Both the position numbers and the translations under genes were made by a program. From Patescibacteria group bacterium (lineage in GTDB: Bacteria > Patescibacteriota > Minisyncoccia > 2-02-FULL-40-12 > GWA2-44-9), in the NCBI GenBank assembly GCA_038065335.1, contig JBBTRD010000008.1:1-47160 (forward strand): a stretch of DNA of 47,160 bases, given 5' to 3'. Position 1 is the stretch's first letter. Every line of letters starts with the position of its first letter. A model generated the notes under the pieces. The model did no database searches, was not told where the DNA came from, and worked only from the letters and a program-made list of their open reading frames with translations. This document shows positions 15,625-23,470 of this stretch, in pieces.

Positions 15625-16626
15625 ATGAGAAGTATCGGAATTGATCTCGGGACGACTAATACAGTCGTTTTCCTCCCTCAAAAGGGGATTGTAATTAATG
15701 AACCGTCTGTGGTGGCGATTTCGGTTTTAGACAATAAAATTTTAGCCGTCGGTTCTGAAGCCAGAGAGATGATCGGGCGAACACCGGAAAGTATTGTTGT
15801 TTCTCGACCGCTAGTAGATGGCGCCATCGCCGACTATCGCGTCACGGGCGCGATGCTCCGCTATTTTATAAAAAAAGCGGGCGGGGTTTTGCGGTTCTTT
15901 AAACCGGAAGTGCTCATTTCGGTCCCCGCGGGTATTACTTCCACTGAACGCCGGGCGGTTATGGAAGCTGGTCTTCAAGCCGGCGCCAAAGAAGTTTATC
16001 TCGTGAAAGAACCGGTTCTTGCCGCCATCGGCGCTAAAATTTCCATCAACGACGCTTCGGGCAATATGATTTTAAACATTGGAGGCGGGACGACCGAGTT
16101 GGCGGTTATTTCATTGGGCGGTATCGTTAGTTCTGAATCAGTGCGTATCGGAGGCAATAAACTAGATCAAGCTATTGTTGAATACATTAAGAAAAAACAC
16201 GGCTTGGCTATCGGTGAACGCACGGCCGAACTTATTAAAATAAATATTGGTTGCGCCATTAAAACACCTGTTGAAGAAAAAATCAGTATCAAAGGCCGTG
16301 ATTTAACCACTGGTTATCCTAAAACAATCGAAGTGGCTTCAAACGAAATTACTGAAGCTTTATCCGAACAGCTCCGAGAAATTATTCAAATTATTAAAAC
16401 CGTTCTGGAAGTTACTCCGCCCGAACTTTGTTCCGACATTATGGACAAAGGGATTGTTATTTCCGGCGGCGGCGCTTTACTTAAACATATAGACACTCTT
16501 ATTACTAAAATAACGGGCGTGCCAGCCCGTATCGCCGATGATCCTCTTTTCTGTGTCGCTCGAGGCACGGGTATCGTTCTAGAAAATCTCAACACCTACA
16601 AAAAGAACGTGATGGCAAAAAGATAA
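15625..16626 (+). CDS. mreB: rod-shape-determining actin homologue MreB
   Basis: 333 aa. Motifs GIDLGTTNT, EPSVVA, NIGGGTTE, ISGGGALL. Confidence 0.95.
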   Translation: MRSIGIDLGTTNTVVFLPQKGIVINEPSVVAISVLDNKILAVGSEAREMIGRTPESIVVSRPLVDGAIADYRVTGAMLRYFIKKAGGVLRFFKPEVLISVPAGITSTERRAVMEAGLQAGAKEVYLVKEPVLAAIGAKISINDASGNMILNIGGGTTELAVISLGGIVSSESVRIGGNKLDQAIVEYIKKKHGLAIGERTAELIKINIGCAIKTPVEEKISIKGRDLTTGYPKTIEVASNEITEALSEQLREIIQIIKTVLEVTPPELCSDIMDKGIVISGGGALLKHIDTLITKITGVPARIADDPLFCVARGTGIVLENLNTYKKNVMAKR

Positions 16627-16657
16627 TTGAGGTCAAGCTTACAAAAAGTTAAAAGAA

Positions 16658-16666
16658 TGTTATAAA
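16658..16666 (+). promoter_or_regulatory. extended -10 (TGtTATAAA), 6 nt upstream of ATG 16673
   Basis: TGnTATAAA with no SD. Confidence 0.45.
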
Positions 16667-16672
16667 TGGCGG

Positions 16673-17887
16673 ATGAAATTAGCTATTGTCCATGATTGGC
16701 TGAAAAATATAAGCGGAGCGGAGAGAGTTTTGATTGAGTTGCACAAAATATTTCCCGAAGCGCCGATTTATACTCTTTTTTACAATAAACGATTTATCCA
16801 AAAATGGTTGCCCAACGCCGATATCCGCGCGAGTTTTCTCCAAAAGATTCCACTAATAGCTAGGGTCTATTCACTATTCGCTTTCTTGATGCCGACAGCG
16901 ATTGAATCTTTTGACCTTTCAGATTTTGACACGGTTTTATCTTCCTCGGTCATATTTTCTAAAGGCCTTATTTTAAAACCCTCGACTAAACATATTTGCT
17001 ATTGTTATAGCCCGACAAGATTTTTGTGGGACAGAAATTTTAGTGATCAGAGCCGACGCTTTGGTCGGCTCCCCGACTCTTTGACGTCGGGGTTTTCAAT
17101 TTTCAATTTTCAGTGGCCAAGAAAAATTTTTAAACACTTTTTGCGACTCTGGGATAGAGCTGCTGCCGATCGTGTTGACCAATTTGTCGCCATTTCAAAA
17201 ACCGTTCAAGATAGGATTAAAAAATATTATCGCCGCGAGTCAATAATAATCTATCCACCGGCTTCGTTTTTGACCCCCGACTCGACCGATAATCGGTCGG
17301 CTCCTGCGGCCGACCGTCATCTAGACTCTCGGCGGTTCACCAAGCGCCAAGCTGAACCGCCTGCGAGACTTCTCGCTGGGAGTCAAAAACTTCGCCTTAA
17401 CGATTATTATCTAATCGTGGCTCGGCTTCATAGTTATAAAAACATCGACATCGCGATTAAGGCGTTTAATAAATTAAATTATCCGTTGGTAATTATTGGT
17501 GACGGACCTGACAAGAAACGATTGGAACGCTTGGCCAATAAAAATATCACTTTTCTTGGCGAACAGGACGATTCTACGCTAATCGAGTACTATCGCGCTT
17601 GCCGGGCCTTTATAATGCCCCAAGAAGAAGATTTTGGACTGACTCCCATCGAAGCCATGTCTTTCGGTAAACCCGTTGTGGCGTTATGCAAGGGTGGCGC
17701 TTTAGAAACCATTGTTGAGAGCCAAACTGGCGAATTTTTTGATGACCCTATCCCGGAAGCTCTGGCCGATGCTATCCGTCGTCTAAACGAAAATTACACC
17801 GGCTATAATCCGAAAACCATTAAAGCTCGAGCCTCTATTTTTGATGTTGAAAAATTTAAAGAAGCGATTATTAAATTAGTCACATGA
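16673..17887 (+). CDS. GT4-family glycosyltransferase carrying two in-frame repeat insertions
   Basis: 404 aa. GT-B/GT4 C-domain signature (EDFGLTPIEAMSFGKPVVA..GGALETI). Confidence 0.88.
   Translation: MKLAIVHDWLKNISGAERVLIELHKIFPEAPIYTLFYNKRFIQKWLPNADIRASFLQKIPLIARVYSLFAFLMPTAIESFDLSDFDTVLSSSVIFSKGLILKPSTKHICYCYSPTRFLWDRNFSDQSRRFGRLPDSLTSGFSIFNFQWPRKIFKHFLRLWDRAAADRVDQFVAISKTVQDRIKKYYRRESIIIYPPASFLTPDSTDNRSAPAADRHLDSRRFTKRQAEPPARLLAGSQKLRLNDYYLIVARLHSYKNIDIAIKAFNKLNYPLVIIGDGPDKKRLERLANKNITFLGEQDDSTLIEYYRACRAFIMPQEEDFGLTPIEAMSFGKPVVALCKGGALETIVESQTGEFFDDPIPEALADAIRRLNENYTGYNPKTIKARASIFDVEKFKEAIIKLVT
17050..17113. repeat. two tandem CCGAC..GTCGG hairpins plus a (TTTTCAA)n tract, in frame in the GT4 gene
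   Basis: GAGCCGAC-gctttg-GTCGGCTC (17050-17071), CCCCGAC-tctttgac-GTCGGGG (17071-17092), ttttcaattttcaattttcag (17093-17113). Confidence 0.8.
17266..17390. repeat. TIR-bounded structured element of about 125 nt, in frame in the GT4 gene
   Basis: Terminal inverted repeats GTTTTTGACCCCC (17266-17278) and GGGAGTCAAAAAC (17378-17390). Internal hairpins GACCGAT-aa-TCGGTC and GGCGGTTCA-N13-TGAACCGCC. Confidence 0.75.
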
Positions 17888-18633
17888 AAATCTCCGTCAA
17901 ATCTAAAACGGTTCTGGTGGGAGTATTAAAAACCAGAAGGGATCAGAAAATTCTTCTAGAAAAGCATTGGTATCGCATTCCCGTTTTGCATCTTCCAAAA
18001 CGAAATTTTAAATATATTGCTTTTTATCAACCGCTAGGGTTTGGAAAACACGGTAAACGGATTGAATATTACGCTCAAGTTTCAAAGACTTCGATTTCAA
18101 AAAGAATCAATTTGTTGCCCGATGAGTCCAATCATCCTCGCGCCAGCGATGACTATAAACGGTTTGAGTTTAAAGAAATCCTAAAACTTGAGAAGCCCAT
18201 CAGAAATATCATTCCCCGCAGAATCGTGTTTGGTTTTACAACCTTGAAAGCTCTGCTCTCATCAAAAGATATTCTGCAACTCTATGGTGTGTTGCCGACC
18301 GAACAAATTGTTCAACGAGCACTGAAACGTTTTGGCATCCAACCTATAATCGAACATACCGTCTCTGCTCAAGGCCGCTGTTATCGTATTGACTTGGCTC
18401 TTATTATTGTGCGCCCGCCCGCCTCTGGCGGGAATGGGCGAATAGCCATAGAATGTGATAACCTTAAAGCCCATTCCACTAAAACCCAAATCCAAAAAGA
18501 TAAAACCAAGGATCGCTTCCTCAAATCTATCGGTTGGCACGTCATCCGTCTCACCGAAAAAGACATCGTCGAAAATCTCCATTTCTGTATCGCCCGTATA
18601 ATAAAAACCATCAAAGCCCTCGGTGGCCAATGA
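17884..18633 (+). CDS. DUF559/Vsr-like PD-(D/E)xK endonuclease-domain protein
   Basis: 249 aa. The C-terminal YRIDLA...IAIECDNLKAH...D..R...L...GW.V.RL pattern is typical of DUF559. The N-terminal domain is unassigned. Confidence 0.7.
   Translation: MKISVKSKTVLVGVLKTRRDQKILLEKHWYRIPVLHLPKRNFKYIAFYQPLGFGKHGKRIEYYAQVSKTSISKRINLLPDESNHPRASDDYKRFEFKEILKLEKPIRNIIPRRIVFGFTTLKALLSSKDILQLYGVLPTEQIVQRALKRFGIQPIIEHTVSAQGRCYRIDLALIIVRPPASGGNGRIAIECDNLKAHSTKTQIQKDKTKDRFLKSIGWHVIRLTEKDIVENLHFCIARIIKTIKALGGQ
18411..18440. repeat. 30-nt nested GC palindrome (CGCCC-GCCCGCC-tct-GGCGGG-aat-GGGCG) in frame in the DUF559 gene
   Basis: Seen directly in the sequence. It is translated as VRPPASGGNGR and shares CCCGCCTCTGGCGGG with fmt 39599-39613. 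Confidence 0.85.
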
Positions 18634-18637
18634 AGCA

Positions 18638-18669
18638 TATCGGCTCAATTCCCACCATTTGAGCCGATA
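18638..18669 (+). terminator. hairpin (11-bp stem) after the DUF559 gene
   Basis: TATCGGCTCAA-N10-TTGAGCCGATA, starting 5 nt after the TGA at 18631-18633. Confidence 0.55.
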
Positions 18670-18783
18670 CCGGCCTCTTTGAACCTTGCTGAACATCTTA
18701 AAATTTTAGCTTCGCGCGTCAAAATCAAGTCCGGCCGAGAGTCTCGCCAAAAAGTGATAGAAGTGGTATGATTCGGGCTTCCA

Positions 18784-19359
18784 ATGCCCACGATTACCTC
18801 GGCAAAATTTGTAAAAGGCGTGGTCGGAGATGATGAAGCCTTGGACGACGGCAAAGCCCATATCGCTCTGATTGGGCGTTCAAACGTGGGCAAGTCGAGC
18901 GTCATTAACTCTCTGACCAAACAAAAAGGTTTAGCTAAAACCAGTTCTTTTCCCGGCCGAACTCAAGAAGTTAATCTGTTTTTAATCAATAAGTCTTTTT
19001 ATCTGGTTGATTTGCCGGGCTACGGTTACGCCAAAGCCGATGAAGGCGGACGGGATAAACTTAAAAAGATAATTTTTTGGTACTTGTTTAATTCGCACTA
19101 CCAACAAAAATTAGTGCTTTTAATTATTGACGCCGAAGTCGGTTTGACGGCTAATGATAAAGAGATTCTCCGCGGTCTCGAAGAACGCAAAAAAAACATC
19201 TTGATTGTCGCCAATAAAGTCGATAAAATTAAAAACGCGGTTTATTTAAAAAAACTTCAAGAAATTCAGAAGATGGCCGGCGACCATAAAGTCATTCCAT
19301 ACTCCGCCGAAAAGAAAATAGGCATAACTGAACTAACGGAAGAATTATTCAAAAAATAA
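18784..19359 (+). CDS. engB: ribosome-biogenesis GTPase EngB/YsxC
   Basis: 191 aa. Motifs GRSNVGKSS, DLPGYGYA, NKVDK. Confidence 0.92.
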   Translation: MPTITSAKFVKGVVGDDEALDDGKAHIALIGRSNVGKSSVINSLTKQKGLAKTSSFPGRTQEVNLFLINKSFYLVDLPGYGYAKADEGGRDKLKKIIFWYLFNSHYQQKLVLLIIDAEVGLTANDKEILRGLEERKKNILIVANKVDKIKNAVYLKKLQEIQKMAGDHKVIPYSAEKKIGITELTEELFKK

Positions 19360-19363
19360 AGCC

Positions 19364-19978
19364 ATGTCGGCGTTTACTAAAAAAGAAATGGCGATGATGA
19401 AGCGGTTAAATACGCCTGCCAAAATGCAGGATTTTTTAAATCAAATTCCTATTAATTTTGAGAAAAATGGCGTCGATACTGTCAAATCGCCAATTATGGT
19501 CCTGCGAGCCCAAAGCGCGCATTGTATTGAAGCGGCGATACTTGGGGCGTATATTTTGTCGCTTCATGGTTATCAACCCCTCCTTGTTCATCTGGCGTCC
19601 ACTAAAATTGATAAAGACCATGTCATCGCGCCGTTCAGAATTAAAGGTTATTGGGGAGCGCTATCAAAAGGCAATCATGTCACTTTGCGTTATCGCGACC
19701 CAGTTTATAAAACCATTCGCGAACTGGCGATGTCATATTTTAATGAGTACTATCTGGAAAATGGCGCCAAAACGATGCGGAGTTATTCAAAACCGCTAAA
19801 TTTAAAAACTTTTAGTTCTGACTGGATAGTTCAAAAAGATGACCTGTGGGATATTGACAATAAATTGGATAAAATAAAACACTACGATATCGCCCCAAAA
19901 GATATTATTCGATCACTGCGTAAAGCCGATCTCATTGAACGTAAAGCCTTAGACCTTACTGAATATGACTCAAATTGA
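19364..19978 (+). CDS. hypothetical protein, possible papain/transglutaminase-fold thiol peptidase
   Basis: 204 aa. Cys-His arrangement (QSAHCIEAA ... DHVIAPF). This is weak, motif-level evidence only. Confidence 0.6.
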   Translation: MSAFTKKEMAMMKRLNTPAKMQDFLNQIPINFEKNGVDTVKSPIMVLRAQSAHCIEAAILGAYILSLHGYQPLLVHLASTKIDKDHVIAPFRIKGYWGALSKGNHVTLRYRDPVYKTIRELAMSYFNEYYLENGAKTMRSYSKPLNLKTFSSDWIVQKDDLWDIDNKLDKIKHYDIAPKDIIRSLRKADLIERKALDLTEYDSN

Positions 19979-21347
19979 AGCTCTTATAATTTTGAAAACC
20001 GGGGCCAACGTTTTTTTGACGGGAGAACCGGGTTCGGGTAAAAGCTACACTGTTAACGAGTACGTGCGATATTTGCGCGCCCATAATATTGAGCCGGCCA
20101 TTACGGCTTCGACGGGCATCGCCGCCACTCATATCGGCGGAATGACGATTCATTCGTGGAGCGGAATTGGAATTCACACCAGTTTAGATAAGCAGGATAT
20201 CCGCCGAATTGCTTCGAGCAAGCACGTCGGAAAGCGAATGCGCGAAACTAATGTTTTAATAATTGACGAATGTTCAATGCTTCCGCCTAAAACGCTCGAT
20301 ATGGTTGAGGCCGTCTGTCGGGAAGCGCGCAAAAGTTACGAACCTTTCGGCGGACTTCAAATTATTTTGGTAGGTGATTTTTTTCAACTCCCGCCGATTA
20401 TTAAACGAAAAACTGAAGACCTGCCTGCCGGACAGGCAGGCGATTCCAATCAGATTATCTTGCTTGATGAACCCGAAGTTCGTTTTGCTTATGATTCTTC
20501 GGCTTGGACGCGAGCTAAACCTATTACGTGTTATCTCACCGAACAACACCGTCAAGACGATAAAAATTATTTGGGCATTCTTTCCGCAATTCGAGATAAT
20601 ACTTTTAACATGAAGCATGTTGGCCATCTCGAAAGCCGACGCACGACTTATGACAAAATCTCCGATGAAGCGCCCAAACTTTTTTCTCACAACGTGGACG
20701 TAGATTTAGTTAATAAGAATATGCTTTCTCAATTGCCCGGCGAACTGATGGAATTTCCAATGCGATCTTACGGCGTACCGAAATTAATAGCGACCCTAAT
20801 AAAGGGCTGCCTGTCGCCGGAATTTTTGAATTTAAAAATCGGAGCCTCGGTAATGTTCACGAAAAATAATCCCCGCGCCGGATTTGTAAATGGCACGCTT
20901 GGTATTGTTGAAGATTTTCGTAAAGACGATAACTACCCCATGATACGAACTCGGGCCGGACGACTCGTGGTCGCCGAACCCATGAACTGGGGCATTAAGG
21001 AAGGGGGCATATCTAAAGCCACGATCACCCAGATGCCATTGCGCTTGGCTTGGGCCATTACGGTTCACAAAAGCCAAGGGATGAGTCTCGATGAAGCCGT
21101 AATGGATTTAAGCGAGGTTTTTGAATACGGCCAAGGTTATGTCGCCCTCTCGCGAGTCAGACGATTATCCGGCGTCCATTTGATTGGCTGGAATCAGCGC
21201 GCTTTTCAGGTTCATCCCGAAGTCATCGCTAAAGAAAAAGAGTTCCAAATCGCTTCCAGTCTGGCCGAAAAAGAATATCGGGAATTGTCTCCAAAAATTA
21301 TTACCCAAAGACACGAATTTTTTATTAAAATGTGTACTAAAAAATGA
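19965..21347 (+). CDS. Pif1/RecD-like SF1B helicase
   Basis: 460 aa. Motifs GEPGSGKS, TASTGIAA, LIIDECSM, VGDFFQLPP, HRQ, TVHKSQG, YVALSRV. Confidence 0.88.
   Translation: MTQIEALIILKTGANVFLTGEPGSGKSYTVNEYVRYLRAHNIEPAITASTGIAATHIGGMTIHSWSGIGIHTSLDKQDIRRIASSKHVGKRMRETNVLIIDECSMLPPKTLDMVEAVCREARKSYEPFGGLQIILVGDFFQLPPIIKRKTEDLPAGQAGDSNQIILLDEPEVRFAYDSSAWTRAKPITCYLTEQHRQDDKNYLGILSAIRDNTFNMKHVGHLESRRTTYDKISDEAPKLFSHNVDVDLVNKNMLSQLPGELMEFPMRSYGVPKLIATLIKGCLSPEFLNLKIGASVMFTKNNPRAGFVNGTLGIVEDFRKDDNYPMIRTRAGRLVVAEPMNWGIKEGGISKATITQMPLRLAWAITVHKSQGMSLDEAVMDLSEVFEYGQGYVALSRVRRLSGVHLIGWNQRAFQVHPEVIAKEKEFQIASSLAEKEYRELSPKIITQRHEFFIKMCTKK
20420..20440. repeat. CCTGCCTGCCGG-a-CAGGCAGG palindrome in frame in the helicase gene
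   Basis: Same core as 39298-39317 and 43881-43900. It is translated as LPAGQAG. Confidence 0.8.
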
Positions 21348-23470
21348 AAATTGCCCTCATTACCCTCAACTATAACGGTGCGGAAAGCACCATCAAACTT
21401 TTGGAATCTCTACAGAATCAGACCGACCCTGATTTTTCCCTTATTGTCGCCGACAATGGTTCTACGGACATCCAAAAACTCCGAGATTATTGTGAAAATA
21501 AACCTATTCATATCATTGAAAATGGGGCTAATTTAGGATTCGGCGGAGGTTGCAACATTGCCATAAAGAGGGCCCTCAAAAATGGGGCGAGTTGGCTTGT
21601 TTTGTTAAATAACGACACTTGGGTCGAATCTGACTTTATCAGCCATTTAAAAGCCATTCTAGAGCGTACAAACGGCCTTGTCGGGTTACCTATTGACGAG
21701 GGGGATGGAGAAATTGCCATGGGTGGCCGACTTGAGTGGTTGAGTCCGACATTGAGTCATAATCACAGTTTTCTCAACCATAAACAAAATGCGCGAAAAA
21801 ACGGAAAAAACGTTTGCTATGCCATTGGCGGTGGGATGGCTATTGATTCATCGGCCGTCGAAAAAATCGGTTATTTTGACGAAAATTATTTTCTTTATTT
21901 TGAAGATGCGGATTTATCAATGCGGGCCCATGAAGCAGGCGTTCCAATAGCTTTTCCGACGAAACCGATCATTCATCACACTGTTTCAACAACCACGAGA
22001 AAACTCGGCGCGCCGTTACTTTTGCGTTACCACTATCGTAATGCTCTTTATTTTAATTTTAAAAACGCGCCTTTGTTTTATAAAATTGGCGCGATTTTTT
22101 GGAGTGTCATCATTTTCGTCAAACAACTGGTTAAATTATTAAGCAACATTCATCCTGCCGAGTCGCGAGCCATTCTGGCCGGCATTATTGATTTTTATCA
22201 AGAAAGGATGGGTCCCGTTAGAAGTAGCCTCGCCGAGGTCCGAAGGACTCGCGCCAAAGGCGCGAGCGAGACTTCGTACGGGATGGGCCGCATCTCCAAA
22301 AAAATTAAAGTCGGCATTGAATGTGAGCAAATTGAGGGCGAAATCTGGGGCGTGGGAAAGATTATTACCAAACTTTTAGAAAATATCGCTTCTCGGCCGG
22401 AACTGGAAAAAGATTTTGAATTTCATCTTTATTTCAAATCAAAAATTCCAAAACTATTATTCCTAGACAATTCAATATTTCATAAAAAAGTTATTGAGCA
22501 GCCGTTCCGGCACAAATCGTTTGTATTTTATTACTATGTTTTGCTTCCGATTCAGCTTTGGTTTGAACGGCTCGATGTCATGTTTTTCCCAAATTATATG
22601 TTGCCCATTATTTTTTTCGGCAATTCTGTCGTCATGCTAACCGAGGATATATATTACGAGATGCGGTCAAAACAACAACGATTCCATCATCGTTTGGCTT
22701 ATCGGGTTTTTGCCACTTGGGCCACCTGGCGAGCCAATAAAATTATGGCCATTTCGCAAACTTCAAAGAAAGAACTGGTTCGATTGTTTAACATTGAACC
22801 AGCCCGCATCGTGGTAAATCTACTCGCGGTAGATTCGGCAAAAATAGATTCTTTTTCCAACATTGGAAATTGCCCGCCCGCCGAAGCTTTAGCGAAGGAG
22901 GGGAAATTGAAAAATGAAAATTATCTATTGTTCGTCGGCCAATCTTTTCCCCGTCGACATTTAGCGGAATCATTGCTCGCCTTTGAAAAAATAGCGTCGG
23001 AATTTCAAGATTTGAAATTTATTATTGTTGGCCCGGACAAATATAATCCGCCGAGGATCAGACAACTTCAACAAGATATCAATTCTCGACTCGGCGGTGA
23101 GAGAATAATTTGGCATGAACGCGTATCCCAAGAAGAATTATCGCAACTTTATGCTCACACTCTGGCAACGATTTATATTTCATCCCGCGAAGCCTTTGGT
23201 TTGCCTCCGTTGGAAGGCCTGGCTCAAGGAAGCGTGCCAATAATCGCCGAAAATGCTTTGGGCCATGAGTTGTTTGAAGAGTGCGCTGTTTTTATCGCTA
23301 ATCCCGATTCAGTAGATGATATCGCTTCAGCTTTGCGTGAGGCCATGACAAATTCAACACTCCGTGAGAAAATAAAAGCGCATGCGCCAGAAATAGTTGA
23401 TCGTTACACTTGGCGCGCTCACACCGATCGGTTTCTAGAAATAATCAAATCTATGACCCGGCATGCCTAA
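21344..23470 (+). CDS. bifunctional glycosyltransferase (N-terminal GT2, C-terminal GT4)
   Basis: 708 aa. GT2 motifs ITLNYNG, ADNGSTD, LLNNDT, FEDADL. GT4 motif EAFGLPPLEGLAQGSVPI. The ATGA overlaps the upstream stop. Confidence 0.88.
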   Translation: MKIALITLNYNGAESTIKLLESLQNQTDPDFSLIVADNGSTDIQKLRDYCENKPIHIIENGANLGFGGGCNIAIKRALKNGASWLVLLNNDTWVESDFISHLKAILERTNGLVGLPIDEGDGEIAMGGRLEWLSPTLSHNHSFLNHKQNARKNGKNVCYAIGGGMAIDSSAVEKIGYFDENYFLYFEDADLSMRAHEAGVPIAFPTKPIIHHTVSTTTRKLGAPLLLRYHYRNALYFNFKNAPLFYKIGAIFWSVIIFVKQLVKLLSNIHPAESRAILAGIIDFYQERMGPVRSSLAEVRRTRAKGASETSYGMGRISKKIKVGIECEQIEGEIWGVGKIITKLLENIASRPELEKDFEFHLYFKSKIPKLLFLDNSIFHKKVIEQPFRHKSFVFYYYVLLPIQLWFERLDVMFFPNYMLPIIFFGNSVVMLTEDIYYEMRSKQQRFHHRLAYRVFATWATWRANKIMAISQTSKKELVRLFNIEPARIVVNLLAVDSAKIDSFSNIGNCPPAEALAKEGKLKNENYLLFVGQSFPRRHLAESLLAFEKIASEFQDLKFIIVGPDKYNPPRIRQLQQDINSRLGGERIIWHERVSQEELSQLYAHTLATIYISSREAFGLPPLEGLAQGSVPIIAENALGHELFEECAVFIANPDSVDDIASALREAMTNSTLREKIKAHAPEIVDRYTWRAHTDRFLEIIKSMTRHA
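22214..22282. repeat. 69-nt structured palindromic element, in frame (frame 0) in the GT2/GT4 linker
   Basis: 68/69 identical to 24305-24373. It is translated as PVRSSLAEVRRTRAKGASETSYG and flanked by ATGGG at 22208-22212 and 22283-22287. Confidence 0.92.

Noticed and set aside
18645-18920. 91-aa minus-strand ORF overlapping the engB start.
   Set aside because: It is antisense to engB and to the terminator and promoter region, with no motif support.
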